The notes beneath the pieces were generated by a model. That model was not told the origin of the DNA and searched no databases. It worked only from the letters and a program-made list of their open reading frames with translations. Made by a program: the position numbers and the translations under genes. From contig NW_003314444.1 in NCBI RefSeq assembly GCF_000143415.4, positions 56,463-120,462 on the forward strand: 64,000 bases of DNA. The letters run 5' to 3'. Source of the stretch: Selaginella moellendorffii (Eukaryota; Plantae; Lycopodiophyta). Below, one piece after another: positions 39,101 to 50,610 of this stretch. Numbering within the stretch: position 1 is the stretch's first letter; each line of letters begins with the position of its first letter.

Positions 39101-40390
39101 TCTTTATGGTGCAATGTTCGTGGTGTTGACAAATCACAAACCACTTGTGTATCTTTTCACACAGAAGGAGTTGAACACTAGGCAAGCTCATTGGATGATC
39201 AAACTCATGGAGTTTGGGGAGTTTCCTATTGAGCATCGTCCGGGAAAATCAAATGTGTTGGTAGATGCTTTATCTCGTGTTCGTTATGTGACGACGTTAC
39301 AAACACGATTTTGTCATCATTTGAGTAAAGTGGTCAGTGAGTTTGGGCAGCTGGTTGAGCATGCTCAGGCTCAAGATGCTAAGGTGCCCTCTTTGCGAGA
39401 CTAGATGGAAGCCCCTTTCTCATTGATGGATGTGATTCTCTACTACAATGGCCGTGTATATTTGCCACGGGTGGATGCATTAATTACTCAAGTTTTATTC
39501 CACTATCATGATTATCCTGAGGCTGGTCATTTTAGGGGGAAGAAGACGTATGAGTTGATTAAGCGCAACTTTTATTGGAGGAATATGAAGACTAATATCC
39601 TCAAGTATTGTAACTCATGCGAGCTTTATTAGCGGGTTAAGGTGCCACGGGAGAAGCTAGGGGGACTTTTGCAACCTTTACTTATTCCTTAGAGCCGTTG
39701 GTGTAGTATCTCTATGGACTTTATCACTCATTTGCCACGAGCACAGAGGCAAAAGGAGCAAGTATGGGTCATAGTGGATCGGTTGACGAAGTATATGCGG
39801 TTGTTGGCTCTTCAGAAAACTGTCACTGCCTCAGACTTGGCTGCAGTTTGCTTGGAGAAGGTTTTTTGGTTTGCCGGAGGACATCATTAGTGATCAAGAT
39901 TCAAAGTTCACCAGTGGATTTTGGAAAAAAATTACAAAGGCTATGCAAGTGACTTTGAAACTCTTGAGTGGAGATCATCCTCAGACGGATGGGCAAACCG
40001 AGCGTGTGAATCAAGTGGTGGAGGATATGCTACGTTGTAGCATTGGTCAAAGGCAAGGACAGTGGGATCTATATCTTCTGTTGGTGCAATTTGCTTACAA
40101 CAATAACCAACACAATGGAACCAAGCTAAGTCCTTATTTTGCCATGTTTGGAAGGCATCCTCGAACATCGGTGGAGTTGAACTTGCATTTGAGTAAGGAT
40201 GTTCAAGATAAGCTTGATTCCAAGGCGACTGATGAACTTGATGAGATTTTGGTGGTGTGCAAACGGAATTTGCAAGCAGCTCAGGATAAAGCGGAGAAGT
40301 TTGCCAATGAGCATCGTCTATTCCAGGAATATAAGGTGGGTGATCTCATCTTTGTGCAAGTGATCTTTCCGTCAAGTGAGCGGCGGAACA
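36165..40390 (+). mobile_element. Nested Ty3/gypsy element C: 104-bp 5' LTR and decayed gag-pol; 3' end lost
   Basis: LTR 36165-36268 (TGTTAGG...CCTAACA); PBS 36270-36280; ATG 36293; CHHCGKLRHYKANC, LLDSGS, FLDDILVFS, RNase H, integrase HPQTDGQTERVNQ. Confidence 0.9.
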
Positions 40391-41061
40391 ACTTGGTGCC
40401 TTCATGGATTATTTATTATTTATCGCTAAATGATAGCTTACCGTGTCTACCAAACACCCTCGCTATCATGCTCTTAGTGTTAGTCTCATTTCGGTCCCAA
40501 ATACTAATTATGCAAAGTGTCTAGATTTGCTTATTTGGCATATCTACGGAATGTAGAGATTTTGGCCTAAACACAATGGTGTTTGTCCTGTGTCCAAATT
40601 CGCAATCTAAGGCCATTCTATATTTGGTAAGTTTTGAACTTATCCTAGAGACTAACTCCTGGTACTAAGGGAGGCTTGGGGTGAAAGCCTAAAGTATGTG
40701 TCTCTCAAGGGGGGGGGGGGGCTGTGGGGGGTTCCAAATGTATAGTAGGGATAGTGGTTGGAATGCATGTCTGACCACTTGAGGCATTAGTTTGGCTCCC
40801 GCTGGGCTGTGTTGCTCCTTGTTTTGCATCCAGCTTGGGTCTAAGCCTAAGCTCCATGTTGCTTTAGTCGGTGGGGTACCCTCCTCCTCGCATTAGGCCA
40901 CCGGTATGCCAAAATTGTGCTAGATTTCGTCTAACACCATTTTGTGTGCAGGTGTTGGATATGGGGAGTTAGTGTTCGTGGGATTGTATCGGACCCTCGT
41001 TTCGTAGTGCAACAGGCTTGGAATTCGACTCCAAATTCAGGTGCACTACGCTTAAGCATCA

Positions 41062-41084
41062 ACACACACACACACACACAGATA

Positions 41085-41140
<56 letters not shown>

Positions 41141-41151
41141 CATATATATAC

Positions 41152-41182
<31 letters not shown>

Positions 41183-41418
41183 CATATATATATACATATA
41201 TATATATACATATATATATATATACATATATATATATACATATATATATATATACATATATATATATACATATATATATATACATATATATACATAAATA
41301 CATATATATACATACATACATATACATACATACATATATATACATATACATACATACATATACATACATATACATACATACATACATATACATACATATA
41401 CATACATACATATACATA

Positions 41419-41459
<41 letters not shown>

Positions 41460-42124
41460 ACATATACATACATACATATACATACATACATACATATATA
41501 CATACATACATATATATACTTACATACATATATACATATATACATACATACATACATATATATACATACATACATATATACATACATACATACATATATA
41601 TACATACATACATACACACATACATATACATACATACATACATACACACATACATATACATACATACATATACATACATACATACATAGACATACATATA
41701 TATATACATATATATATATACATATATATATACATATATATATAGATATATATACATATAGACATATATATACATATATATACATATATACATATATATA
41801 CATATATACTTATATATATACATATATACATATATATATACATATATACATATATACATATACATATATACATATATACATACATACATATATATATACA
41901 TATATACATACATACATATATACATATACATATATACATACATACATATGCATATATACATATATACATACATATATACATACATACATATATATATATA
42001 CATATATATATACATATATATATATATACATATATATATACATACATATATATATATACATACATATATATATATACATACATACATATATATATATACA
42101 TACATATATATATATACATACATA

Positions 42125-42172
<48 letters not shown>

Positions 42173-42191
42173 TGTCTATATATATATATAT
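41062..42191. repeat. Compound (CA)n/(TA)n/(TACA)n microsatellite, ~1.1 kb
   Basis: Directly visible. Confidence 0.98.
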
Positions 42192-42521
42192 CAGTGTGAT
42201 GCTCAAGACAACTTAATAGGTAGATGGTAAAGCAGGAATTTGATATTTTACTTTTATCTTTCTTGATTTCTTATCACAATATATTATTTCTAGGTCTACC
42301 ATAAAGGACCCTTAAAGGGTGTTTATTTTTGATAAAAACATGGAAGTTACCTAAAGTTCCTTATGATGTTAGAGATGTCACATCAATCAATAGAGCAAGG
42401 ATTTTTAAGAATCAGCACTAAAATTTGTCAAGGATGTCTGTCTTTTGAGGAACTGTTGGTAGTCAAGCGCAAAAAAAAACTGGCTTGGAGGACTTGATGG
42501 AATACTCTCTTATAACGGTTA

Positions 42522-45500
42522 CTAGCAGGGAATCCAGCTCTGCTGGGATATATAGGACATCTGTTACATTGGTGACATGAATCCTAGAGAATTTCTTTGT
42601 ACACAATGTTTTTCGTATAGACATTATGGCTCTGGAGCACACCTTGTCCTTCACATTGTTCGATAGACATTGTAATTTGTTTCTTTGATGTTCCTCTTGA
42701 AAGTGCAACATAAAGTTGACCGTGGCCAAAAACAGGTCTTGGCAAGTAAATACCCACATTCTGTAATGTTTGTCCCTGAGATTTGCAAATTGTTATGGAG
42801 AATGCAAGCCTTATTGGGAATTGTCGTCGTTTGAGGATAAATGGCATGTCTCCTTCAGTTGGTTTTAAAGAGATTCTTGGTAGGAGGACTTTTTTTCCTT
42901 GCATACCATTATGTAGAATCTCAGCTTCTATAACATTTGGTAGTGCCTTGGTTATAATTAGTTTAGTGCCATTACAGAGGCCTTTTTTAGTGTCAATGTT
43001 GCGTAACAACATTACAATACATCCGATTTTTACCTGTAGCTTGTGTGGAGGCATTCCAGATGGTGTTACTGAGTTTAAAAATTCTACAGGATAGTCCAAC
43101 ATCTCTTCTTCCGAATCTGTTTCTACAATGTCAATGCTTCTGTATGTTATTGTTCTACCAGTCATTCTCGAAAGAACTTGGTCGTTCATTTGTAGAGAGA
43201 GATCATTTAAAGTCGTGAGAATAGCTTTCTGTGATAGGTTTGGGTCATTTGGTTGTATATGCTTTCCAAACACATTATCTATCATTTGTTCTCTGGATGT
43301 CGATGTTAGAGGTAATTTTATAACTTCTTGGTTGAATCCTTGGAGGCTAGGTAGGTTACCATTTCCAAGCTTCACAAGCCATCTAGACCATTCCTTTTCT
43401 TCAGAGTTCACCCTCATGTTTGTATGTAATGAGAACTTTACAAGTTTCCACCATATTGGTGAGGATTTCATGCTGTTTTGGATAATTTGTGTGCGACGGG
43501 CTCTTTTTAGAACAGCGTAATGTCTGTCTGAAATCTCCTCCTGTTACTAATGTGATGCCANNNNNNNNNNNNNNNNNNNNNNNNNNNNNNNNNNNNNNNN
43601 NNNNNNNNNNNNNNNNNNNNNNNNNNNNNNNNNNNNNNNNNNNNNNNNNNNNNNNNNNNNCTCTCGACAGCTTTAAAGCGTGAACGGGTACCATGCTTAT
43701 TTCGTCCCATATGAGCAGGTCAGCTCTTCTTATGACCTCGGCAGGTGCTGAATTCTCTCGCAGGTCTGAGGTGCATGTTTCTGTGATTGGTACTGGAAGC
43801 TTAAATGTTGAATGAGCCGTTCGGCCTCCTACAAGAAGAGTACTCGCTATTCCTGTCCACGTGACTGCTAAGACTTTCATGCCATAAGCAGTAACATATT
43901 TTATCAGCGTGTTAAAAAGGTATGATTTCCCTGTGCCTCCTACACCATCAACAAAGAATAATCTGCTTGTTTCTTTTTTGTTTTGTATTGCATTCAAGAC
44001 ATTGTTAAATATGTGAAGCTGTTCCTTGTTCAATCTGGTTTTTAGTAATTCAGCTTCATCAGGTGTGCATGGCACACATCTTGTTTCAGTTGTTGTTTTG
44101 TTAACTCCTATAAACTCTGGATCTGGTAACTCGTAGTCAGACAGTTTCTTGCCATGTTCCTGGAGTAATATTGACATTTCATTCAATCCATGTTGCATTG
44201 CTGCTTCATAGTTGTTGTGATTTCGGACCAAGTCTTCACACATCCCTTCCTTGAATTTATCCCATAGTTTTTTGGGATCAATGAGCTCGCAAAATAAACA
44301 CATGACACTGAATAGATACCTTACTTTTGCAGGCATCTGAAATGTCAACGACTCTTCTAAACATTTCTCCCACTCACAATCATCCTGTAGAAGTCCCATT
44401 NNNNNNNNNNNNNNNNNNNNNNNNNNNNNNNNNNNNNNNNNNNNNNNNNNNNNNNNNNNNNNNNNNNNNNNNNNNNNNNNNNNNNNNNNNNNNNNNNNNN
44501 GTAGAGCAGGATCATACGTAGGTAGAAACGTTCAGAGTCATGTGGTGATACAGTGTACATTCTACCAACCACCTTGAATGCACGTTGGCGTGGTGTCCAC
44601 ATTCTGTTTCTTGAATTCCATGTATACCACTCAGGAATCTCGTGGTACAAGAGTGTCCTTGCAAATTCATCAATCTTGTTTAGCTCAAACCATTCTGTCA
44701 GTTTGGTTTTACGGCCTCTTTGTAATGCAACCTCTTCCTCACCATCATTGAAATAAATATTTTGAAGGTTTTCCAGGTGGATGTCCAGTCTCTCAATAGA
44801 ATGTGATCTCCCGTGTAAGTCATATCCATAGATCCTCCATATTCCTTCTGATGCGGAGACATAGCGGCAGTTTCTGAAAGCCTCTATTTCGTCCCAGTCT
44901 AGTACTTGTTCTGGTGTTGAGTTCTCATCCCTTCGAAGGCGTACCTCCGCACAATCATGTCCCTTGTATATGTATTTGAATATATACTTGACACTTTTTA
45001 CAGTGGAACACACCTCGACATTTATGTGTGCTCTGTACTTACGTAAGAGGTACTTGTTGTATGGCACAACAAACCTGTTGTCAATGGGTTTGTTCTTTAT
45101 TAGGACTGTATGTCCTTCTTGGCGCCTTCTATACTCTGGAAACTGACCACCGACATTCTGTGTTTCTTCACAGTAATCTCTTGGATAGTGTGACTTACAT
45201 TCACCATCCTTCGTGCATGGGCTGTTTGGAAATTCAGGCCAATTCAGGCCCATGTATCATGTGCTTTTTAACCAATTCATATAATTCTGGGTCTAGTCTG
45301 GCATCTGGTATTTCGGCAGTAACTATATTGTCTATGTCATCGATAGTTCTGATTTTATTATCTTTACCAAGGATCACCAAAATATGACAGTGTGGCAGTC
45401 CTCTTTTTTGGAATTCAATCACATAGACATAAGCATTGACCTGGCCAAATATTTCTCGTTTGTAAATGTCATCTATGAGTTCTTGTTTCTTGATGTGGAA

Positions 45501-46919
45501 CACACGTGCAACCAAGTCAGGTCTATCTGCAGTTGTTTGTCCAGGTAGAAGGTTTTCAGTGATCTCTTTCCATTTAGGATTGCAGGTGAATGTTATGAAC
45601 AAATCAGGTTTTCCATACTTCCTTACAAGGCTCATGGCATCCTGGTAGTTCTGATTCATCTGTCGTGGGCCTCCAGTGAATGAGGATGGAAGTATTATTA
45701 GTTTTCCAGCACGTACCCCTTCCTGTTCGGCTCTGTTTTTCACGAAATCTGAGAGGCCACCGTATGCTTCAGCACGTAGCTCACGTTGGTGGTTTCTTAT
45801 CCATGTTAGTCGGCCACCTTCAATCTTGGTGTATGTATTGACCATGTATTGTTATGTGAGTTTTCCTGCTGTCAACACAGGGTTGAAATATATGCTTCTT
45901 ATGCCATTGTGACATATGCCCCATATAGCAAATTTGTGCTGATAAAATTCCATCATTGTGACATTACAACGTTTAAGTGTATTGCCGTTATCTGTGTATT
46001 TTATATCATTTGACCATCCGTCCTCTCCACTGGGAAAAAGAATTGGGTAGATCATAGGGTCACAACATGATGAAATGATTGATATTTCCTGCATTGATTC
46101 TTCCTTTGGATAGACTGCTATACTACGGTCAAATGGTGGGTTCCCACTTGGATTTGTAAAAATGGCAGCAATTTCATTTGAACACGGTGCATTGTATCTT
46201 CGAGGATCTGTTGTGCTCTCTCCCTTGATGTACATGACAATCTCTTGTGATGAAAGAGACATCTCATTCTCAAGCTCATGCAACATCTTGAATGCTTTTG
46301 CATAGGGATTGATTTCTCGTAAGAGAACATCTAATCTGTACATTAGTTCCCGGTCGCATTTTTTGTTATGCATATTTCTCATTCTTGTTTCTGTTGCTTG
46401 TGCCGTATCTAGAATATAGAGTTGTGAATACATTGCTTCTTGATCATCTCGTGGTCTGAAGCTGCCCATTCGGTGATACACTTGACCGTGTATCTTAAAG
46501 TAGTATGGTCCACCACCCGAAAATTCTTCGATGTTTGCTCCCATGGAAGCAAATGCTAGAGCACTATTATAGTTCCTTATTAGTTCTTTGAAATTTCCCT
46601 GGTTTGAATTACCTTCTAGCAACCTCTGGATCAATTCAGGGAAATGGTTTCTATTTTTTATTTGGACACGACCGTGATGACAGCATTGTGATTTTGTTTC
46701 TGCATTAAAATGGAAAGCTCTGCAATGGACACATTGTTTGTCCATTGGCCCTATGTAGTTTTCTTCACAGTTTCCTTCATGATTTGTGTTTAGGAGCCCC
46801 ATTTTGTTCTGTATATAGTGATTCATTGGTACGTTAATGTGTGGTGCATTTGTGTTATTCACATTTTCAGAAATGCTCAAAACCAGTTCTGTTGTTGCTC
46901 GTCTTTTTCTTGTGTTCAT
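42522..46919 (-). mobile_element. Helitron: intronless RepHel (HUH Rep + PIF1-type helicase), disrupted, with its 3' terminus
   Basis: GKPDLFITFTCNPKW, YVIEFQKRGLPHCHIL, KYIFKYIYKGHD, DGVGGTGKS, LIWDEISM, GGDFRQ, RRQFPIRLAFSITICKSQGQTL. One premature stop (45852-45854), two frameshifts (~45245, ~43515) and two gaps. 3' end CCAGC-AGA-GCTGG-ATTCCCTGCTAG|T at 42546-42522. 5' end not located. Confidence 0.95.
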
Positions 46920-48617
46920 TTTGCTTTTGAAAGTGGATTAAGTGTGAAATAGCAATAGAGTAGTTTGAGCACAGAGCAGTATGGCAGTAGTGAAGAGAAA
47001 ATAGATTTTAGGAAGACACCATCGAGGGATGGTTGTTCTTTTGTCTTGAAACCCTAGAGTTTGTGTTCTTATCAGTTAGGGTTTTTATTTTCTTTTCTTA
47101 CAATTAATATGGGGCTAACCGATAGACTCTTTTTGAAATTCTATCCATTCCATTGGTAACTGGTTGAAGACATTGATGGGACATGTAGGAAGCTTCCCTA
47201 AGATAATTTTGTGGTTCATTATACTGAAAAAGCATACTGCAAATATTTACCATGATTCCATATCTATCATGTAATTTCATGTATGAGATCTTCATGAAAA
47301 CATACCTTTTTGACACTGGACGAATGGACAGCCATGCTGTTGTTTAGTATCTGGTCTTTCTTATAATGTGTTGTGTCAAAATCTAGTATCATAAATGGAT
47401 CTACACGTGAGAAAGCTCAAGCTACATGAGGAATACCCAGACCTGAGCTTGAACACAGAAAATACTCCACTGGCTGTGTTACAATGAATTTGCGCATGCA
47501 GCAGTAACATAGCCAGTGGACTATTTTTTAGCCACCTTGATAACCACAATTCACAACTCTGAACAAGATTGTGTTTGAAGAACAGAAAAGAGTGCAACGA
47601 AAAGCCAAACATTCCTTTTTGTCTTCATACACATCCATGTTGAGCTTTGTATAATAAACACAAGGTCCAACTTAATAAAATGAAATAATCATACATTCCA
47701 TCACACTATACCATATACTCTCACATACTATACTATATCAACTATCACACTGATGTACATTCAATGTCCATCAATGTTCTGGGATTAGACGCCATGATTA
47801 ATACCTCTGTTCATTGTATCTCTCTCATTCATCATGACCCCATACCCAAGAATCAGTAGCAAACACCTTTTTTTTTTAAATTTCCGGTCACAAGTACATT
47901 GACAGCAAGAGAATGGGTAGTTATACCAGTGATCCAACAGAGATCATATTTTTTTCACGCTTCAGTGGTTTTATTTTGAACATTTAATTTTCCAAAAATA
48001 TGTGGTTGAGGATGACTGAAATTAACAGTGATTTATGCCTGAAAGTAGCAGCNNNNNNNNNNNNNNNNNNNNNNNNNNNNNNNNNNNNNNNNNNNNNNNN
48101 NNNNNNNNNNNNNNNNNNNNNNNNNNNNNNNNNNNNNNNNNNNNNNNNNNNNNNNNNNNNNNNNCTCTAAGCCGACAGGCTAAATGTATAATTTTCAAGC
48201 TGGTTGATAAATTCTATAATCTTTTTGTGTGTGTTATTTGAATACTTACTTATTGTGACTCTTTTTGCCATGAAGGGCACATAAATTGATGGCTTCAAAG
48301 AGTTGGACAAGGTAGTCCTCAGCAGCCTGTTGCTCTTTTGATGGAACACTTTGCATGCATGACAGTTGGAACCTGATGATTTTGATCCTTTTATGTCAAA
48401 CTGGTTTTTCTTTTCAAATACTAATAACAATTTTTTCATAGACTAATATTACTTTTATTCTATAAAGTCTAATCTACAACAATTCTTTCTTCATACATAT
48501 GTCAAGCATATCTTCGGCATCATTGAATGGATTGTATTCGAATATTTCTTTAGCAAAGTCCAGACTAATTTGCAGCACAATGCCTTCAAGACAGATTGGC
48601 TTCCAGTTTTCCACCCC

Positions 48618-50300
48618 TCACTTTGGATGGTACTCATTCATACTGTTAAGAAGCCGTTGAGCCGTTTCCTTTTTTAGTTCCTTACACACGTCAAATGGAA
48701 TGCCATATCCATAATGCAATGCTGAGAAGACATATGGATGGATTCCTCTTGTGTTTTTATCAAATACCTTTTGTACTTCTGCTTTGTTTGGTAGGCGATT
48801 CTTATTATACTTCTTGCCATTTAGAATCTGTGCTGTGAATACTGCTGTGAATCCTGCATGTGATAGATTTGTTTTTGTAAAAAAAAGTAGAGAACAAAGA
48901 GTATAACATCCACACTTACCCGGTGCAACATTCTTTCTCTTGTTGATTCTCTTAAACTGTTTGACTTTGCTTATATATGTTGTAATCTTTCTTGAGACCC
49001 CATCACTGCTAGCAAAGCCATACATGTATTCTGATGGTGGACACCCAAGCACATCAAGTTTTCGTGCTTGACTGTCAGTTGGAAAGAATCTATCACGTTC
49101 ACAAGGTTTCATTAACCATCTTTTCGAATCTAAATCTAAATTACCTGTCGTTTATCATGAAGTCACGACGGCATACGCACTTAATTCCTCTTTTCTCTAT
49201 TTCACTTGTAGCCTTCATCCACTTCTCCATTTTTTCTGCTTCGTTGCTTCTCTCTGCCATTTCCTTGAGAAAGTATCTATTAACCTAGGTACACGTGAAA
49301 ATGTTTTGAAGCTAGTCTTGTTGTAACTGTTTTTATAATAGAGAATATCTGTTTCATATGTTTAAATTCAAGGTCTTTTCATCACTATGGATAAACTTTA
49401 AGTGATTATCTTTCTTTGAACTACAGTCTAACCAATGCTAAACAAATGCATCAGAACCCCAGAGCATGAAAGACTTAATGTTCAACAGATGCTGTACGGA
49501 GCTTAGTCTTTTCGTGGATAACACACAAATGCTAGATTGCTTTGGGTTTGAGAGATCTATGGCTTCCTTGTAGATATGCTGGCCTAAGTCTTTTTTGTTC
49601 TTGGTTTAATATGAAGTTCTGACCAAATAGAAATACGTATTTAAAGATTTTTTAGATTTTGTGCAACAGTTTGACTATCACATTACACAAGTCTGCACAT
49701 GGATCAACAGAGTCCTGGACATAGGCAGATAGGGTGTAATTCCAGTTTTTAGCAGGTATTCAGAAGCCAAATATAACTCTTTTAAGAAGTTGAGAAACTC
49801 CATCAAGTCCTTGTGGTCGCTTCCTCACAGCATTAACGACGTCCACCATGGCCTCTTCTCTGATATCACTGTAGTTGCTGTGTGCTAGCTTCGTGTAGAA
49901 AAATGGATAGCCCAGTTCTGCTACAGTGACGTTATCTTTGGGATTATCCTGAAGTGCCTTAAAATGCTATCCTGGAACAACATGCGTGACAATGTATAGC
50001 AGTAAAGAGTTGTACCTTTGCAACCAAAATAATCAGGCGACAGAGCTTCCTGAACTGGCCAAATCCGTTTGGCAGACAAAACGCAGTGGTATCAAGTTAT
50101 TATTTCGAAATGCAACAAATATCTGGTTCAAATCTCTCCTTTTGATTCTTTGTTATGATTTTCACCAAGACCGCATACTGACAATACTGAATTTCTCGAG
50201 CAGCATAAAAATCAAGAACAAGTAAACAATATCTCACAATTTATTATCTGACATTGGAGTTTTCTCTGGTGCAATGCAAGAACAGAAACTATGTATTGGT
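48618..50300 (-). pseudogene. Unidentified multi-exon gene with some stops; duplicated at ~60080-61650
   Basis: Spliceable exons such as VNRYFLKEMAERSNEAEKMEKWMKAT.., FFPTDSQARKLDVLGCPP.. and FTAVFTAQILNGKKY..MNEYHPK*, with short GT..AG introns. Confidence 0.45.
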
Positions 50301-50570
50301 GTTTTATTGTAGCCATTTGTTCTTACACTTCGGAACTTGCGATGAGAACACGGAAGAGCACTTGGTGATCCACTGAGGAGTCTTTATTATAAGGCTAATT
50401 GACCTCAGTTAAGGTCTCCATATCTATTATTCGTGAGCTTGGCGAGGAGAGACTCAAGCAAGCATTCTGCATGAACCATTCTGTCAGACAGGTTAGTGCC
50501 CTGGGGAGATGCAATATCTGTGGCGTCTAATGCACAGGTACAGCTACTCATGTGCGTCACCATCTCCTAG
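48726..50570 (+). repeat. ~1.85 kb direct duplication; second copy at 60080-61918
   Basis: Near-identical apart from a few substitutions and small indels; both copies end at CATCTCCTAG. Confidence 0.93.
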
Positions 50571-50610
50571 GGCTTGGCTCTGGCTGTAATCCTGTCTCGC
50601 AAGAAGGCAT

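Larger units (their letters stand above)
25722..41050 (+). mobile_element. Ty3/gypsy element A with nested and rearranged insertions
   Basis: 5' LTR 25722-26624; PBS 26627-26637; gag from 26816 (CFHCGELGHRSSEC); protease MIDTGA; RT (YIDEVL) cut at 29135; PPT then 3' LTR pieces at 35555-36164 and ~40418-41050; TSD CTTGA (25717-25721)/CTTAA (41051-41055). Confidence 0.85.

Noticed and set aside
42191-42200. TCAGTG as the 5' TC end of the RepHel Helitron or as a Tc1/hAT TIR
   Set aside because: Wrong side and strand for the RepHel element, whose 3' end is at 42522; no partner TIR or TSD is visible, so the element is left unclassified.
40931-42206. Long Y/I/M/C/V-rich ORFs
   Set aside because: Translations of the TA/TACA microsatellite.
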